A stretch of DNA of 33,394 nucleotides, from NCBI RefSeq assembly GCF_001194135.2, contig NC_068990.1, positions 11,613,716 to 11,647,109 of the forward strand, in the 5' to 3' direction. Origin of the DNA: Octopus bimaculoides (lineage: Eukaryota). The first letter of the stretch is position 1. Every line of letters begins with the position of its first letter. This document shows positions 11,101 to 22,270 of this stretch, one piece after another. The translations under genes were made by a program, and so were the position numbers. The notes under the pieces are model-generated. The model was given only the letters and a program-made list of their open reading frames with translations, was not told the origin of the DNA and did not search any database.

Positions 11101-11207
11101 ATAATAATAATTTTAATGATAATAATAATAATAATAATAATTATAACTCCAACACAATTTTTTGGGGTACACACGTACACTCTGACTCCCTGTTCCTGAG
11201 CCCATCA

Positions 11208-11243
<36 letters not shown>
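11101..11243. repeat. Inverted (AAT)n / (ATT)n microsatellite pair
   Basis: (ATA)n at 11101-11141 and (TTA)n at 11211-11243. Confidence 0.92.
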
Positions 11244-11246
<3 letters not shown>

Positions 11247-11371
11247 GAAAACTCAGCTTATTTTGCTGGGTATGATGGAAAGTGTCAGCTGTCCACAGCC
11301 AGCAGACTAAGGCGATACTTGTACTATCATTATTATTGTTGTTGTTGTTGTTGTTATATCTGTGTAAGTTG

Positions 11372-11575
11372 GTGAGCTCGCAGAATAGTCAGCAAACCGG
11401 GCAAAATGCTTAGCGGAATTTTGTCCGTCTTGACGTTCTGAGTTCAAATTCCGTCTGAAGTCGACTTTGCCGTTCATCCTTTCGGGGTGAATAAATTAAG
11501 TACCAGTCAAGCACTGGGGTCGATGAAATCGATTATTCCTTGCCCAACAAATTTCCAGGCCTTATACCTGCAGCA
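11372..11575 (+). mobile_element. SINE family A, near full length
   Basis: ggtgagctcgcagaatagtcagc...gttctgagttcaaattccg...ttcatcctttcgggg...aaatttccaggcc. Confidence 0.9.
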
Positions 11576-12329
11576 GGGAGGAATGTTAGACCTGTGTTTG
11601 TTTTGACATTAAGTTTGAAAAAATTGATTTTGTAAAACAAATTCGGATCTGGGTTTACAGCCTCTAAGGTAAATTTTGTCCCCGAACTTATGTTTCCAAT
11701 GAGCAGGCAGTGAAGTATCTGGAAAGTGTGTAGCGTGCCATCTGGTACTTCAGAAAAGAGAAATAACATAGCTAAATAGTCGTCTTTTTTCCGTATTGAA
11801 AAAAAAAAGGTGCAAAAGTAGCTAACTCATACGTCTAGGAATAAATTAAATTAAATCTTATCTTTATAAATTGTCTTCTTACCGAAGTAACAATCCATTA
11901 TCTCCTATTAACCTGAATCTGTGGTTTTCGGTTGTGAAGATTGGAAAATATGGGGTAGTAATAGATTTTCGATCTTCCAAGATGAAAAATGATTGGAAAT
12001 TCAGCTTGAGATTCACGTTGCAATAACACCTGAATGTTTTTGTTTAGATTTTCCCGACCAGATCCATATTGAAAACTAAGAAGCATGATGACAGTAACAA
12101 AGTATCCCACCAACCCCCAAATTTTTCCATTGCAGTAGCTCTAACCATTCTTTGTTTTTTCTGTATTTTCGAAAAGGAAAGGCCACAAAACAAACATTCC
12201 TCAGTGAGTGGTTCTAATAGCCTTGCAATAGAAACAAATGCTACTCCTGCGATGACAACAAAATCAACAACAGAAGTGAAACCAAAAACAAACTGTAAAA
12301 CGCACAATTTTTCTTGTGTTTCTAACAAA

Positions 12330-12560
12330 CAAAATTTCAGCAAGATTTGAACAAATTTTCAGAGAAATTTGAATAAGATTTCAACAAGAAGAATTCAACA
12401 TGATATGACCAAAATTTCAGAGAAACTTGAGCAAGAGTTCAGCGAGATTTGTGCACGATATTTAGAGAAACTTGAACGAGATTTCAGCGGTATTTCAACA
12501 AGATACTGACAAAAGTTCAGAGAAAATTGAACACCCATATCTCTCTGTGTCGTGTCTAAA
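12330..12560 (+). pseudogene. Decayed heptad-repeat (coiled-coil) coding block, possibly a retroelement gag N-terminus
   Basis: Recurrent ttcagagaaa(c/t)ttgaa motif (about 12359, 12417, 12462, 12517). It translates across frameshifts to KFQQDLNKFSEKFE / ISEKLEQEFSEI / YLEKLERDFS / SSEKIEH. Confidence 0.35.
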
Positions 12561-13640
12561 TAGCGATGATTCTAAAAATCCCATAAATTTGGCAAGTCCA
12601 AAAGACACAGAACAAAAGCGTGATAGATTTGTCAAGTAATGATAAATAATAACAACACAAACAAGGGAAGCGAAAAGTAACAGTAAAACCAAAATGTCGA
12701 TAAGAATCACAAAATCGAAGTGAACAGCAGCAACAAAAATCACACAAAAAAAGTCACAAGAACAACAAATACACCACACCTTTGTTGTTGTATATAATAG
12801 CAACCGAGAGTGGGGGAAGTTCCTAAAATTACAAACATTACAAGAAACATAGAAACAGAAGGAAAAAAGACTGAAAATACCTTTACTAAAAACTGCGAAG
12901 GACGGCCAACGAGTGTTAACAACATCAGAAGTTTGAAGAATTATGATAAATTCTTAATGATCGTAAATCCGTCTAAAAATAGTATGAGGTCACTAAACTT
13001 AAAGGGGTTGTGTAAAGAACTCAAAATACACAATGTCCACCAATACCACCAAATATAATCTAAGTAATTTACGTTCAGCTAACGTAATATTGAGAATAGA
13101 ATGCGCGAATTCACGTAGCTTGAGAAGGCTAATGGAAATTGTTCATCAATCGAATAATTTCAAGTCTTTTAACTTAGATGTTAACAGCCAGTAGAGTGAT
13201 CAAGGTTTCTGAAGTAACAAGCCATGTGTGGACGAATTAAATCACGTGAAGTGGCACAATAGTTCCAGTAAGTTCTAAACTTCCTAGTAATGATGACGTT
13301 ATTGGACTCGGATAATACGTCGGTGATCCTAGAGAAGTATAGCAGTAAAATCGACACCTCGAGGCTGGTAGCCGTTTGTACCTCGACAGCGGCTTCGTGG
13401 CCAAGCTTTAGCAGGAAATTGGGATGATCTCCTAGAAACATGTTGAGATTGTGAGGTAGTTGGGGTTTCAAGGGATACGTCTCTCAGTATTAGTCAGATG
13501 TTTCCAACTGTCCGACAGGTATCGAATGGATCTTCCAAATGGAATATGAACTTAAGAAATCATATCAGGATTTTCAGGACTTATTTTAGTTTCCGTTAGA
13601 TCGCCAGACCGGGACAGAATAAATTTTTATTTCTAACTAT

Positions 13641-13740
13641 GAATTGTACGCGAAGCTTGAGAATTGTACGTGAAGCTTGAGAATTGTACGCGAAGCTTGA
13701 GAATTGTACGTGAAGCTTGAGAATTGTACGTGAAGACTAT
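13641..13740. repeat. 20-bp tandem repeat x5 (gaattgtacgYgaagcttga)
   Basis: Units start at 13641, 13661, 13681, 13701 and 13721; the variable base runs C,T,C,T,T; the last unit is truncated. Confidence 0.96.
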
Positions 13741-14356
13741 ATTTTGACAAGAACCTGTGACAGGAAATTGAATGCCTCAGCCGCAGCATGAAATGGCTAC
13801 AGAAACAGCATTAGTGACTTGGTTAAGGAGGGACTGAGGAAAAAAAAACAACAGCAACAGATGACAGGTTACGTGAAACACGAAATCAAGACAATGGATT
13901 TCAACTCTTACATATCTTGTTATATATCGTGTGTTATATTCTCTTTCGTCTACTTCGCGTGGTGAGATTTTCATAATGCCTTTCATCTGTTCCCTCGTTT
14001 TATGTCACTTTTTTTTCCTTCAAATTTGTCTATGTACTCCTTTAGCTTCGTATTTTGCATTCATAAGTGAATCGAGTAGAAATGCACTTAGTGGTTAGAT
14101 GTTGTTATATTTTAATAAGAGTGGGCGTGTTTGAAACATACCCTGCTCCTCAAAAAATAAGAACAAAAATGATTTTTTCAAAACCTTCCATTTCTTTATT
14201 AATATTAATTAAAATATCCTGTTTTTTTTTTTTCTTTTAAAAAATATTATTTTGGTTGGAATCTTTTGATATTCCAACTGTTTAAATTGAAGTATAATAA
14301 ATATTGCATTTGAACCTTTATTTATTTTGCATTTTGCTTTAGGTTTTAGTCCGAGG

Positions 14357-14383
14357 ACTGCGGCTATGCTGGAACAACGCCAT
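14357..14383 (-). mobile_element. SINE family B, short 3' fragment
   Basis: gactgcggctatgctggaacaacgcc matches the family-B tail. Confidence 0.6.
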
Positions 14384-14869
14384 TTATATATATATTTTAT
14401 TTGTCTGAGGCGCTTACAACAAACGAAGTAGCAGTGTATTCGTTCTAAAGATTAGCGAATAATATTTTGTTGAAAATTGTGCAAATAGTACACAATGATT
14501 ACTAAAAGAATGGACAAACAGAATAAAATATGACAATTATGCAAACAAATGCAATTACAAACAAAACGCTGATGTGACACATCGGATGCAGACACTAGTG
14601 ATAACCGAAATGTTTATGATGCAGACAATAGCAATAATAAATTTACCGATGCTGTGCGTCAGAGAGAAGCTTTGATTATAAAACAGCGACAGATTTGCCA
14701 AATGGAAAAAAATGCAGGAGTGATGTATCTCGAAAAATACTACCTCCTTCGCTGTCCAATTTATTGAAGGGAGGACAAGGAAGAAAGTAACATACTTTCG
14801 CTTCTCAAGAAGTGGAGGTGCTTTCGGTCTTCCTTCAAAGGAACAATAATTGAAGCTCTGCCGGATTTG

Positions 14870-15760
14870 TAGAGCGAGAATCAGGGATTATGAGAGTGCA
14901 TGCCTGCTCTTCGGAATTGATGATAGTGCCAAGCGACAGTCCGATTTGGAGCACCACACACCTTCCTGCATCCAAGTGTCACAATACATAGAGTAGCGTA
15001 ATATAAGGGTCACAACTAACTACGCTGATTCAGATGTCGATCCTTTGTTTTTTTTTCATAATCTTGTTATATACTGTGTATTGTATTCGCCTCTTCCGTT
15101 TACTCCGCGTGTTGAGTTGTATAAAGCCTCTCATCTATACCCTTGTTTTAACTTGTGTGAGCCGAGTCGACCATAAATAACATGTTGCTAAGTAGGGTTG
15201 GCATGGAAACGCTGCATCTAATGATTGTCGAAGTTCAAAGATCCATCCTGAAGACGTACACCTTCGTAGATATTCCGATAAAAGCAATATGACAAACAGA
15301 AAGCTTAATTGTTACACATGTGATAATAATAGTTACTCGAGGGTTTTGCTTTATGAGAACCTGGAAAGTCAGTGAGGCATGACAGATCGCAAGTAGAACA
15401 AACAACATAGAAGTAAAAACCAGAAGTAGCACATTCAGTAGCACTATCAGTGGCAATTCCAAAAATGGTCAATGGATTCTCTTCGTCTCTTGTTCGAAGA
15501 GCTGGCAAGAAGGGAGGCAATCAAGAAGCTAAGGGCTAAGAAATCAAAGATCACCCTTTCCTGAGATTCATATTTCTGTCATGTGACAGTAGTAAGCAAA
15601 TGGCAAACAGACAGGGGTGACAGACTATCGGGGACAGTAAAGAACAAATAAAATCAGATGAAAACCAAACGAAAGGTGTGTAAGATACACAAAGAGGGTT
15701 CATTTTCATAAGCAGGCATGAGGTCCAGGGTCCTAGAGACAAGAAATTTGGCCCCGAGAT
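14870..15760 (+). pseudogene. Probable decayed LTR-retrotransposon gag remnant
   Basis: Fragments RIRDYESACLLFGIDDSAKR (gag capsid-like), KLNCYTCDNNSY (eroded CCHC-like) and KVCKIHKEGSFS*A; many stops. Confidence 0.3.
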
Positions 15761-15783
15761 CAAAAGTTGAAATTCTGTAGTGT

Positions 15784-15923
15784 AAATATGAGAGCGATTA
15801 CGAGAGAATATGCAAATATGAGAGCGATTACGAGAGAATATGCGAATATGAGAGCGATTGCGATTATGCGAATACGAGGATGTGAGAGCGATTATGATTA
15901 TGAGAGTGTAAATATGAGAGCGA
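15784..15923. repeat. 30-bp tandem repeat (aaatatgagagcgattacgagagaatatgc), 2 perfect plus degenerate copies
   Basis: Identical units at 15784-15813 and 15814-15843, then eroded copies. Confidence 0.92.
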
Positions 15924-16354
15924 GGTGTTTATTATACAATAAACAAGCGTTCTCTGGCATTGGGTGTGTTTTATTCAGTCCAACATAAACATTTTTCACG
16001 AACATCTACCTGTTAATACCTCAGATTTCAAATTAAAATTTTGGAAATGCGAGAGAGTTAGAGGATGCTCTGACAGAATGTAGGTGATAGCTTCCTCCAG
16101 CTGTAATGAGAGTCGGCTCGATTTGTTTGTTTGGTTTATTATGCCTTCTAATATTATTTAATACATGTTTTATATTATGTAACTAGTTTGTAGACATTTA
16201 AGTTTAGCGTATCCTAATAAATTTTGTAATGTCTCTTCAAGTACCATCGTCTTTAAATAATTTTGTTATACTTCGTCATCTTTTCGTCCCCCCCCCTCCC
16301 TTGTAACCAAGTCTTTTGTTAATATAAATGGATGCTGGTGGCAATTAACAGAAA

Positions 16355-16460
16355 TAACAACAATAATAACAGCAACGACGACGACAACAACTACAACAAC
16401 AACAACAACAACAGCAGCTATAACAGTTTTCTTTGTTAGCATTATAACAACAATAATAAT
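16355..16460. repeat. (AAC/AAT/GAC)n trinucleotide microsatellite
   Basis: Direct reading. Confidence 0.85.
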
Positions 16461-17258
16461 TGTTCGTTCGTTTCTTTATTTTTACTTCTTTTGGCCTATG
16501 AAAAGGATTTCTGTTTGCCAGGGGGTTATTTTCGTTCTTTTATTCTGACTCAAGCCGTTTTCAACGACATGCAGGTCTTCATGCCATTACGATTCTAAGA
16601 TTATTTTAAAATTAAATGTCCTTCATTCGGATATTTACCGGAGCAAAATCCTGGAAACAAAATAAGTTCATTCATCTGCTTGTTTGTTTGTGTCTCTTCT
16701 GTGTTTCATTCTTTCATTCCTATTCTCTGATTTTCTTCCTCTATTTCTTTATTTCTTTCTGTATTTCATTCTGTCTTTTACAATCTATTCTTTAATTATA
16801 CATTTATCAAATACTGCGTCTTTACTGGTCATTCGATGTAACTATTTGCAAGGCCATAGACAATAACAAGCTTTTACTGAAGTTAATTGCTGTCTCTTTG
16901 TGAATAAACTAACTAAATGGGCCGGAGAACCTGATAGCGTTGGAGAAACAGCTTTCCTTGTCACGTCATATACACCTTTTAGCTATTATTTCTATAGAGA
17001 ATACTTTGCTTAAAACTTTTGCCATTTTAATGGTATAAATATATAAATCATCATCTTATCAATACTTTTCTTTTCACCGTCATTATCGGCGTAGTCGCCG
17101 TCTTCTGTGTCTTTGCTGATGTCTTAATTACTGTAGCCGCTGTCACCTTCATAGTGGAAGTCCTTGACATCAATACACTGTCATCATACACATCGTTATT
17201 GTCAACGTCGTCATCATCTTCATAATCATTATCTTTCACTTAGCACAATCATAACTGA

Positions 17259-17261
<3 letters not shown>

Positions 17262-17302
<41 letters not shown>

Positions 17303-17345
17303 TTCTTTTTAGCAGTTCTATATATTTCATAAGAAAGAACAATAC

Positions 17346-17381
<36 letters not shown>
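17262..17381. repeat. Two (TA)n microsatellites
   Basis: Runs at about 17262-17295 and 17349-17381. Confidence 0.9.
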
Positions 17382-17383
<2 letters not shown>

Positions 17384-17546
17384 TAACTTTGACACAAGGT
17401 CAGCTATATTGAAGAGATGGATAAGCCTTTTACATCGACTCCGGCTCTTAGCAGTTGCGTATTCTATTGAACCATTTCGTTCGACGCACTAACGATCCTA
17501 TTAGTTCATTTCCTTACAAATGGATTTCAATATATAAATAAACATA

Positions 17547-18794
17547 TTAGGTTGCTACAAAATTTCGTACCAGTTTTTTTTTAGTAAAATCGAAAAACAA
17601 TATTTAGATTATTTTATATTCCTTTATTCAACCGCATATGTCCCGTTTTGTCGTCTTTGAGGCAGCTTCATGGCTACATTACCCCCAGAGTCTTCCGAGT
17701 CATGAACTGGTCCAAGTGGTCTTTATAGCCTTCTATAGTATTGAAGTTCTTCCTATTAAGAGAATTTTGTAGAAATCGAATTAAATGGTAATCTGAAAGT
17801 GCAAGATCAGGTGAGTAAGTAAGGTATGATAAGGTATTTCTGCCAAGTATTAATTTCTGCCGAGTCTGCAAGGAAACATGAAGTCTAGCGTTGCCCTGAA
17901 GGAAGATGACACCCTCCTGATTGGATAATTCTAGATGCTTTCATTGACTACCTCCTATAAATGGTCTAATTCGTTGCAATAATTGCCTGAATTCAGCGCC
18001 TGATTTTGTAGAAGGAGCTCATAATGGACAATGGATGCATGAATCCTGCCGTATACAGAGCATCACTTTCCTCACATACCAACCTGCTTTGGGAGTAATT
18101 AAAGGTAGTTCCTTTCGTTTTCTTCTTGATTTCCCTCTAAGATTACTGCAAACAATTATTGTTTTGACCCATGTGATCGTTGTTCTCAAAAATATGGGTT
18201 GTTTTTGATGTGTTTGAACAGAGAATACCAGATGGTAACGTATTCATTAAAATTTTCCGTCAGATAAAGAGGCACCCAAATATCACAGCGATTCACGTAT
18301 CCAAGTATTTTAACTGCTTTATAATGTTCATGAGGCATGTCACGTAACTTTTCGATCTCTCGTGTCGTGTGACCTGATTATTTTTTATTAGTATTTCAAT
18401 TTGGTCATCATAACGATGTGGGCCTGCCGAAACTTTCACAGCCTTTCAGACCAAATTTTTTTCTCTCCTAAACCTAGGGAACTGCTTACGAACAGTCTTC
18501 GCAGCTATGACACCATCTCCATAAACTGCACCTACATTTTTGCGTTTGGACAGTTTTTAATTTCTGGAAATACAAAAGCATCAAATGAGAAAATGTATCT
18601 CATTTTCCTCCATTTTCACTTTTAACATAAAAACAGTAGAAATAAAATATCCACAAAGCAATCGCATTAAAAGACGTGTTGAAATGTCACCTTTCATAAA
18701 ACATACTTGTCATATGATTGTCCTGTAAAAAACGAAATCACGTGTTTTTTACGCCACTAATTGAAAAGTGTTAAGAAATTTTGCTCCAACTCAA
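17547..18794 (-). mobile_element. Full-length (1248 bp) decayed mariner (DD34D) DNA transposon with TIRs and TA TSDs
   Basis: Left end TA|ttaggttgctacaaaatttcgtaccagtttt; right end (reverse complement) TA|ttgagttggagcaaaatttcttaacactttt; 23/31 match. The size is typical of mariner. Confidence 0.9.
17624..18613 (-). pseudogene. Mariner transposase pseudogene
   Basis: MEENEIHF..LMLLYFQK; GAVYGDGVIA; PIFLRTTITWVKTI (=FLKRIITGDEKW); PKAG...KVMLC; VHYELL.QNQALNSGNYC; GVIFLQGNARLHVSLQTRQKL; YSPDLALSDYHL; MKLPQR.QNGTY. Confidence 0.93.
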
Positions 18795-19560
18795 TATTTA
18801 TATATGTCCATGTACCTCGCATGGCCATATAAGTTTTTATGATATCGTAAGAAACCGAAAAAATACCAGAAATGTGCATTGTAAAGGCTGTTAGATAAAG
18901 GCTTTATGACAGGTTATCCACGTTGTTAATCTGGCTGCTACACACATGACAGCACGAGCCATTTAAGAAGTTTTCATCGAGAAGACTCAAAAAGAAAAAA
19001 TAACAACAATCACAATCTATGGAGGCTGTAGAAACTAAGGTGGTACAACGACATAAGGCGGCACCAGGTGCCTTATTTCGAGTTGCCAAAAGGCAATGCC
19101 TTCAATTACAATGGCAGACAGAAAATTCTTTAAAGATTCAGACTATTTAATAATAGTAAAATGAATTATTTTATGCACTGATGAGAGAAGAGGAATATTG
19201 AAGTATTCAAGACAGCTAGATATCTAACTTAATTCTAAATCTGGGCTATTTGTGAAGTGTAAACACGAGGAAATGAATATCTTGTAATATTAATCGAAAT
19301 CACCTTGAGGGCACAGCACACGTTTAAGCGTACCTTTGTTCCTAATCAACGGTAGATACACGAATGATTGTACTGCACTTTAACTTCAAACTTTAGACTT
19401 TATCTCTGATATTAACACTTGATATTTCCCTCTTCACACACCATCACATAGCTCACTCATACTGTTGTGTTTCCTATCAAATTTATCTATCTTTATTTCT
19501 TGATACATATCACACATTACACATATATACGTATATCTTCCTACTTCCCTATCAACTTAT

Positions 19561-19598
19561 AAGTTCATCAAAGATGAGATGGAAATCTGAGTGACTTC
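19561..19598 (+). ncRNA. Degenerate hammerhead-ribozyme-like motif (probably inactive)
   Basis: aagttcatcaaaGATGAgatgGAAAtctgagtgactt: remnants of the CUGAUGA/GAAA core and a short palindromic stem III, about 65 nt upstream of the PLE ATG, where PLE hammerheads occur. The core is broken. Confidence 0.25.
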
Positions 19599-19662
19599 AT
19601 CCTTTTAGCTTTTATTGGCTTCTCACTGTCTTCTTCCATTTTACAAGTATATTTTATCAACC

Positions 19663-20640
19663 ATGGATCTCTATTCTCTACATTATGTAACTAAGAATAT
19701 ACCAATCCTGTTCAACTGACACTATACAAGAAGACTACTGGTTAAGCTTGACGAGTTGTTAAATGCATGATTTTAAGAGTATGCTGTTACAATTCTACTA
19801 CCATCGATTCAACTACAAACCACTGCGACATTAGAACATGCGGATCTATAGCAAATACTAAGGATTTACACAATGTTGAAGCTGAACTCCGTGATGTAAT
19901 GCCAGACATTAAATGTCGAACTTCTCGAACCCGTTTCAGCATAAATTTTATGCAGGTTTTAGGCACTTCAAATAAATCTAAAAGAAGGACTAGAAATATT
20001 CACGAGAGAAGGAATTCACATACGAAATTTGTTCAATAATAACATAATACAAAGTTAAGCGGAAACTAGGACAGTGAAGTATATTAACATTAATCGAACC
20101 AAGGCCAGAGCAGATAAGCATAATATTGATAACAAAATAGTGATATTAGATCAGCACCAATCGTTTATAACGATTAAAGATCACAAGGAATATTTTGAAT
20201 CTAACGTGAAATACAAACTAATCAATCTTGCTAAACCTAAAATCGAGCTAGTTAGCGAAGAAAAAAAAAAAAGAAAAAAAAAGAGAATACTTTGGAAGTC
20301 TGAAACGTAATATTAGGATAGCCACAGATCTCCAAAAATGGAACAACAGTTACGATGTAATTGGCTGGTTGAGCGATATTAAGAAGAATCGCAATTCTAC
20401 ATTTACACAATTTGATATAGAGGATTCCTACACTTCTCTATCCAAATCCTTAATATATATGTATACAACATGAGATTACACTAAATTATACAATAATATT
20501 GACAACAATGATATAAATAATGCATGTGAGAAAATCATTGTTCTTTGATAAAGATTCGGCATGGGTCAAAAGATCTGATCCAGACGAGTGTTTCAATGTA
20601 AGCCTGGTTTTGTTTGACGGTGCAGAGGTTTGTAGTGTCA
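19663..20640 (+). pseudogene. PLE reverse transcriptase pseudogene (3'-truncated)
   Basis: MDLYSLHYVTKNIPI; DLHNVEAEL; SFITIKDHKEYF..YKLINLAKPKI; KWNNSYDVIGWLSDI; STFTQFDIEDSYTSLS; IMHVRKSLFFDKDSAWVKRS; FNVSLVLFDGAEVC. Confidence 0.9.
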
Positions 20641-20649
20641 TTAAATAAC

Positions 20650-20847
20650 GCATATACTTACACGCGCGCACACACACATGCATGCGCATGTATATATATA
20701 TATACATAAATACACAGTACATATACACTAACATACACACACATGTACGTATAACTGACCATATAATTGCATTATGTGACTCTGTACATAATACGAATGT
20801 TGGAATCTACCCAAGTTAAAACGAGCATGCAGAATATAAGTAAGCAT

Positions 20848-20882
<35 letters not shown>

Positions 20883-21060
20883 CACGTATGTATGAATGTA
20901 AGTATGTATGTATGATAATATAATTGTATGTATCTGGCTAAATATATAAAATAATTGTATGAACCTGCTTATGTCGAAAGACGTGTGTGTGTGTATGTGT
21001 GCGTGTATGTGTGTGTGAGAGAGAGAGAGATAGAGAGAAAGAGAGAGTAATTGTGTAGTA
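20650..21060. repeat. Compound (CA)/(TA)/(TG)/(GA) microsatellite region
   Basis: Direct reading; it truncates the PLE RT. Confidence 0.85.
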
Positions 21061-22240
21061 CGTGTGTTTGCATTTGTCTGCAGTGGAAAGAAAATCCTCT
21101 CCAATGTTGGAAATAAGTGCGTCTTTGGAGAGATAGGATGAGTGAGGAATGGTAAGCAAGGAAGGAAGAGAAGAGAGCGAAAATAAAAGAGAAAAATACA
21201 CAAATTCAGTTAGAAAAAGTAAGAAAAAACAAACACGAAAAAAGAAAAAGAAACAACAGAATGGTTGAATGGCATTATGGAATGATTTGTCGGCGGCAAA
21301 AAGTGGTAAAACTAATAAATGTAGTTAGCTGAACTACATATTTGAATAGTTGGAGATATCAGATTTGTATTATATGGCTTGACAGAAGACAAAACTTGAG
21401 TAAAATAATAAGCAACAAAAAGTAAATGAGAAGCTGGAATTGTCAAAACTAATTGAATTATTGGCAAAAGAAGAACAAGAACAAAACCATTGCAACGGCA
21501 ACATTCATCTCTATTGCAGTAAGAATACAGAATACAGAAAATTTCTAGTGGATTATCTCATTGATTCCAGTGATAATCCCTTTGTTTGGATTTCAGTTAT
21601 AATACTGTGCTGTAGTTATTGTTATTACTCTTCTTGATGTTGTTTTGTGGATGCTGTTGTTGCTTTGAGGACGTTGTTGTTGTTGTTGTTGTTGTGATCG
21701 TTTACTTTGTTGTTATTACTGGTGTCCTTGTAGAAAGCGTTTCGTTTTCGTATATTTTGTTGAATTTCTTCTCGCTGTTATTCTCTCTATCAATACCACT
21801 GTCGAATCTGATGCTATTATTTGTGTTCCTGTAGATGTTGTTGTAGTTGGTTGCATAGTTGTCAGTGCTGTTGTTATGGCTGTCCTTTCAAAATATGTGT
21901 CTAATAATCAGATAATACAGAAATATACTATCTGGCTAAAAGAATATATCCTGAAGATCTCGAGGGAAAATATTCAAGGTTTTTTGAATAATTCTTTAAA
22001 AATATATTAATTGATTATTTTTTGTAGAGTTTCTTCTTCCACAGTACTAAACAAATATTATCCTTCCTCCTCTTCATTCCCTTCTCCTCCTCCTCCTCAT
22101 TTGCTTCTACTTCTCATACATTTTCATCTATATTTGTCCATTCCTCCATCTATATTTGTCCATTCTGACTTTTCTTGCTATGGCGTTTCTTCATCTTCTC
22201 TCTTGTATTATGATTTATGGCTTGCTAGAATCGGTTGAGT

Positions 22241-22270
22241 GGAGGCGCAATGGCCCAGTGATTAGGGCAG
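22241..22270 (+). mobile_element. Isolated tRNA-derived SINE head fragment
   Basis: ggaggcgcaatggcccagtgattagggcag is an A-box-containing tRNA-like 5' end with no B box following; it abuts the mariner fragment. Confidence 0.6.

Larger units (their letters stand above)
18850..20640 (+). mobile_element. Penelope-like element relic: GIY-YIG C-terminal remnant (to ~19290), UTR, then RT N-terminal half
   Basis: Endonuclease tail: LCTDERRGILKY..LNSKSGLFVKCKHE (=CNLCLxEK..LLNxRSEL.SKCRH), located upstream of an ORF start. This is the head-to-tail terminal-repeat layout known for PLEs. Confidence 0.75.

Noticed and set aside
13800-13920. LVKEGLRKKNNSNR...GFQLLHILL resembling a PLE GIY-YIG C-terminus
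   Set aside because: It is too short and frameshifted to support, and no upstream endonuclease motifs were found.
15767-15988. ORF with MRAITREYAN repeats
   Set aside because: It is a by-product of a 30-bp (in-frame) tandem repeat with a non-ATG start.
17051-17239. Acidic ORF MKDNDYEDDDD...
   Set aside because: It is an eroded (GAT/GAC)n trinucleotide tract with no splice or homology support.
21942-21975. CTGAAGA...GAAA with a gaatat/atattc stem (hammerhead-like)
   Set aside because: There is no stem I and no correctly placed NUH; the topology does not close.
22241-22270. tRNA genes (here, and at 5311, 8750-8798 and 26200)
   Set aside because: A/B boxes are present but there is no complete cloverleaf or acceptor stem; they continue into SINE bodies or are truncated, so they are SINE heads.
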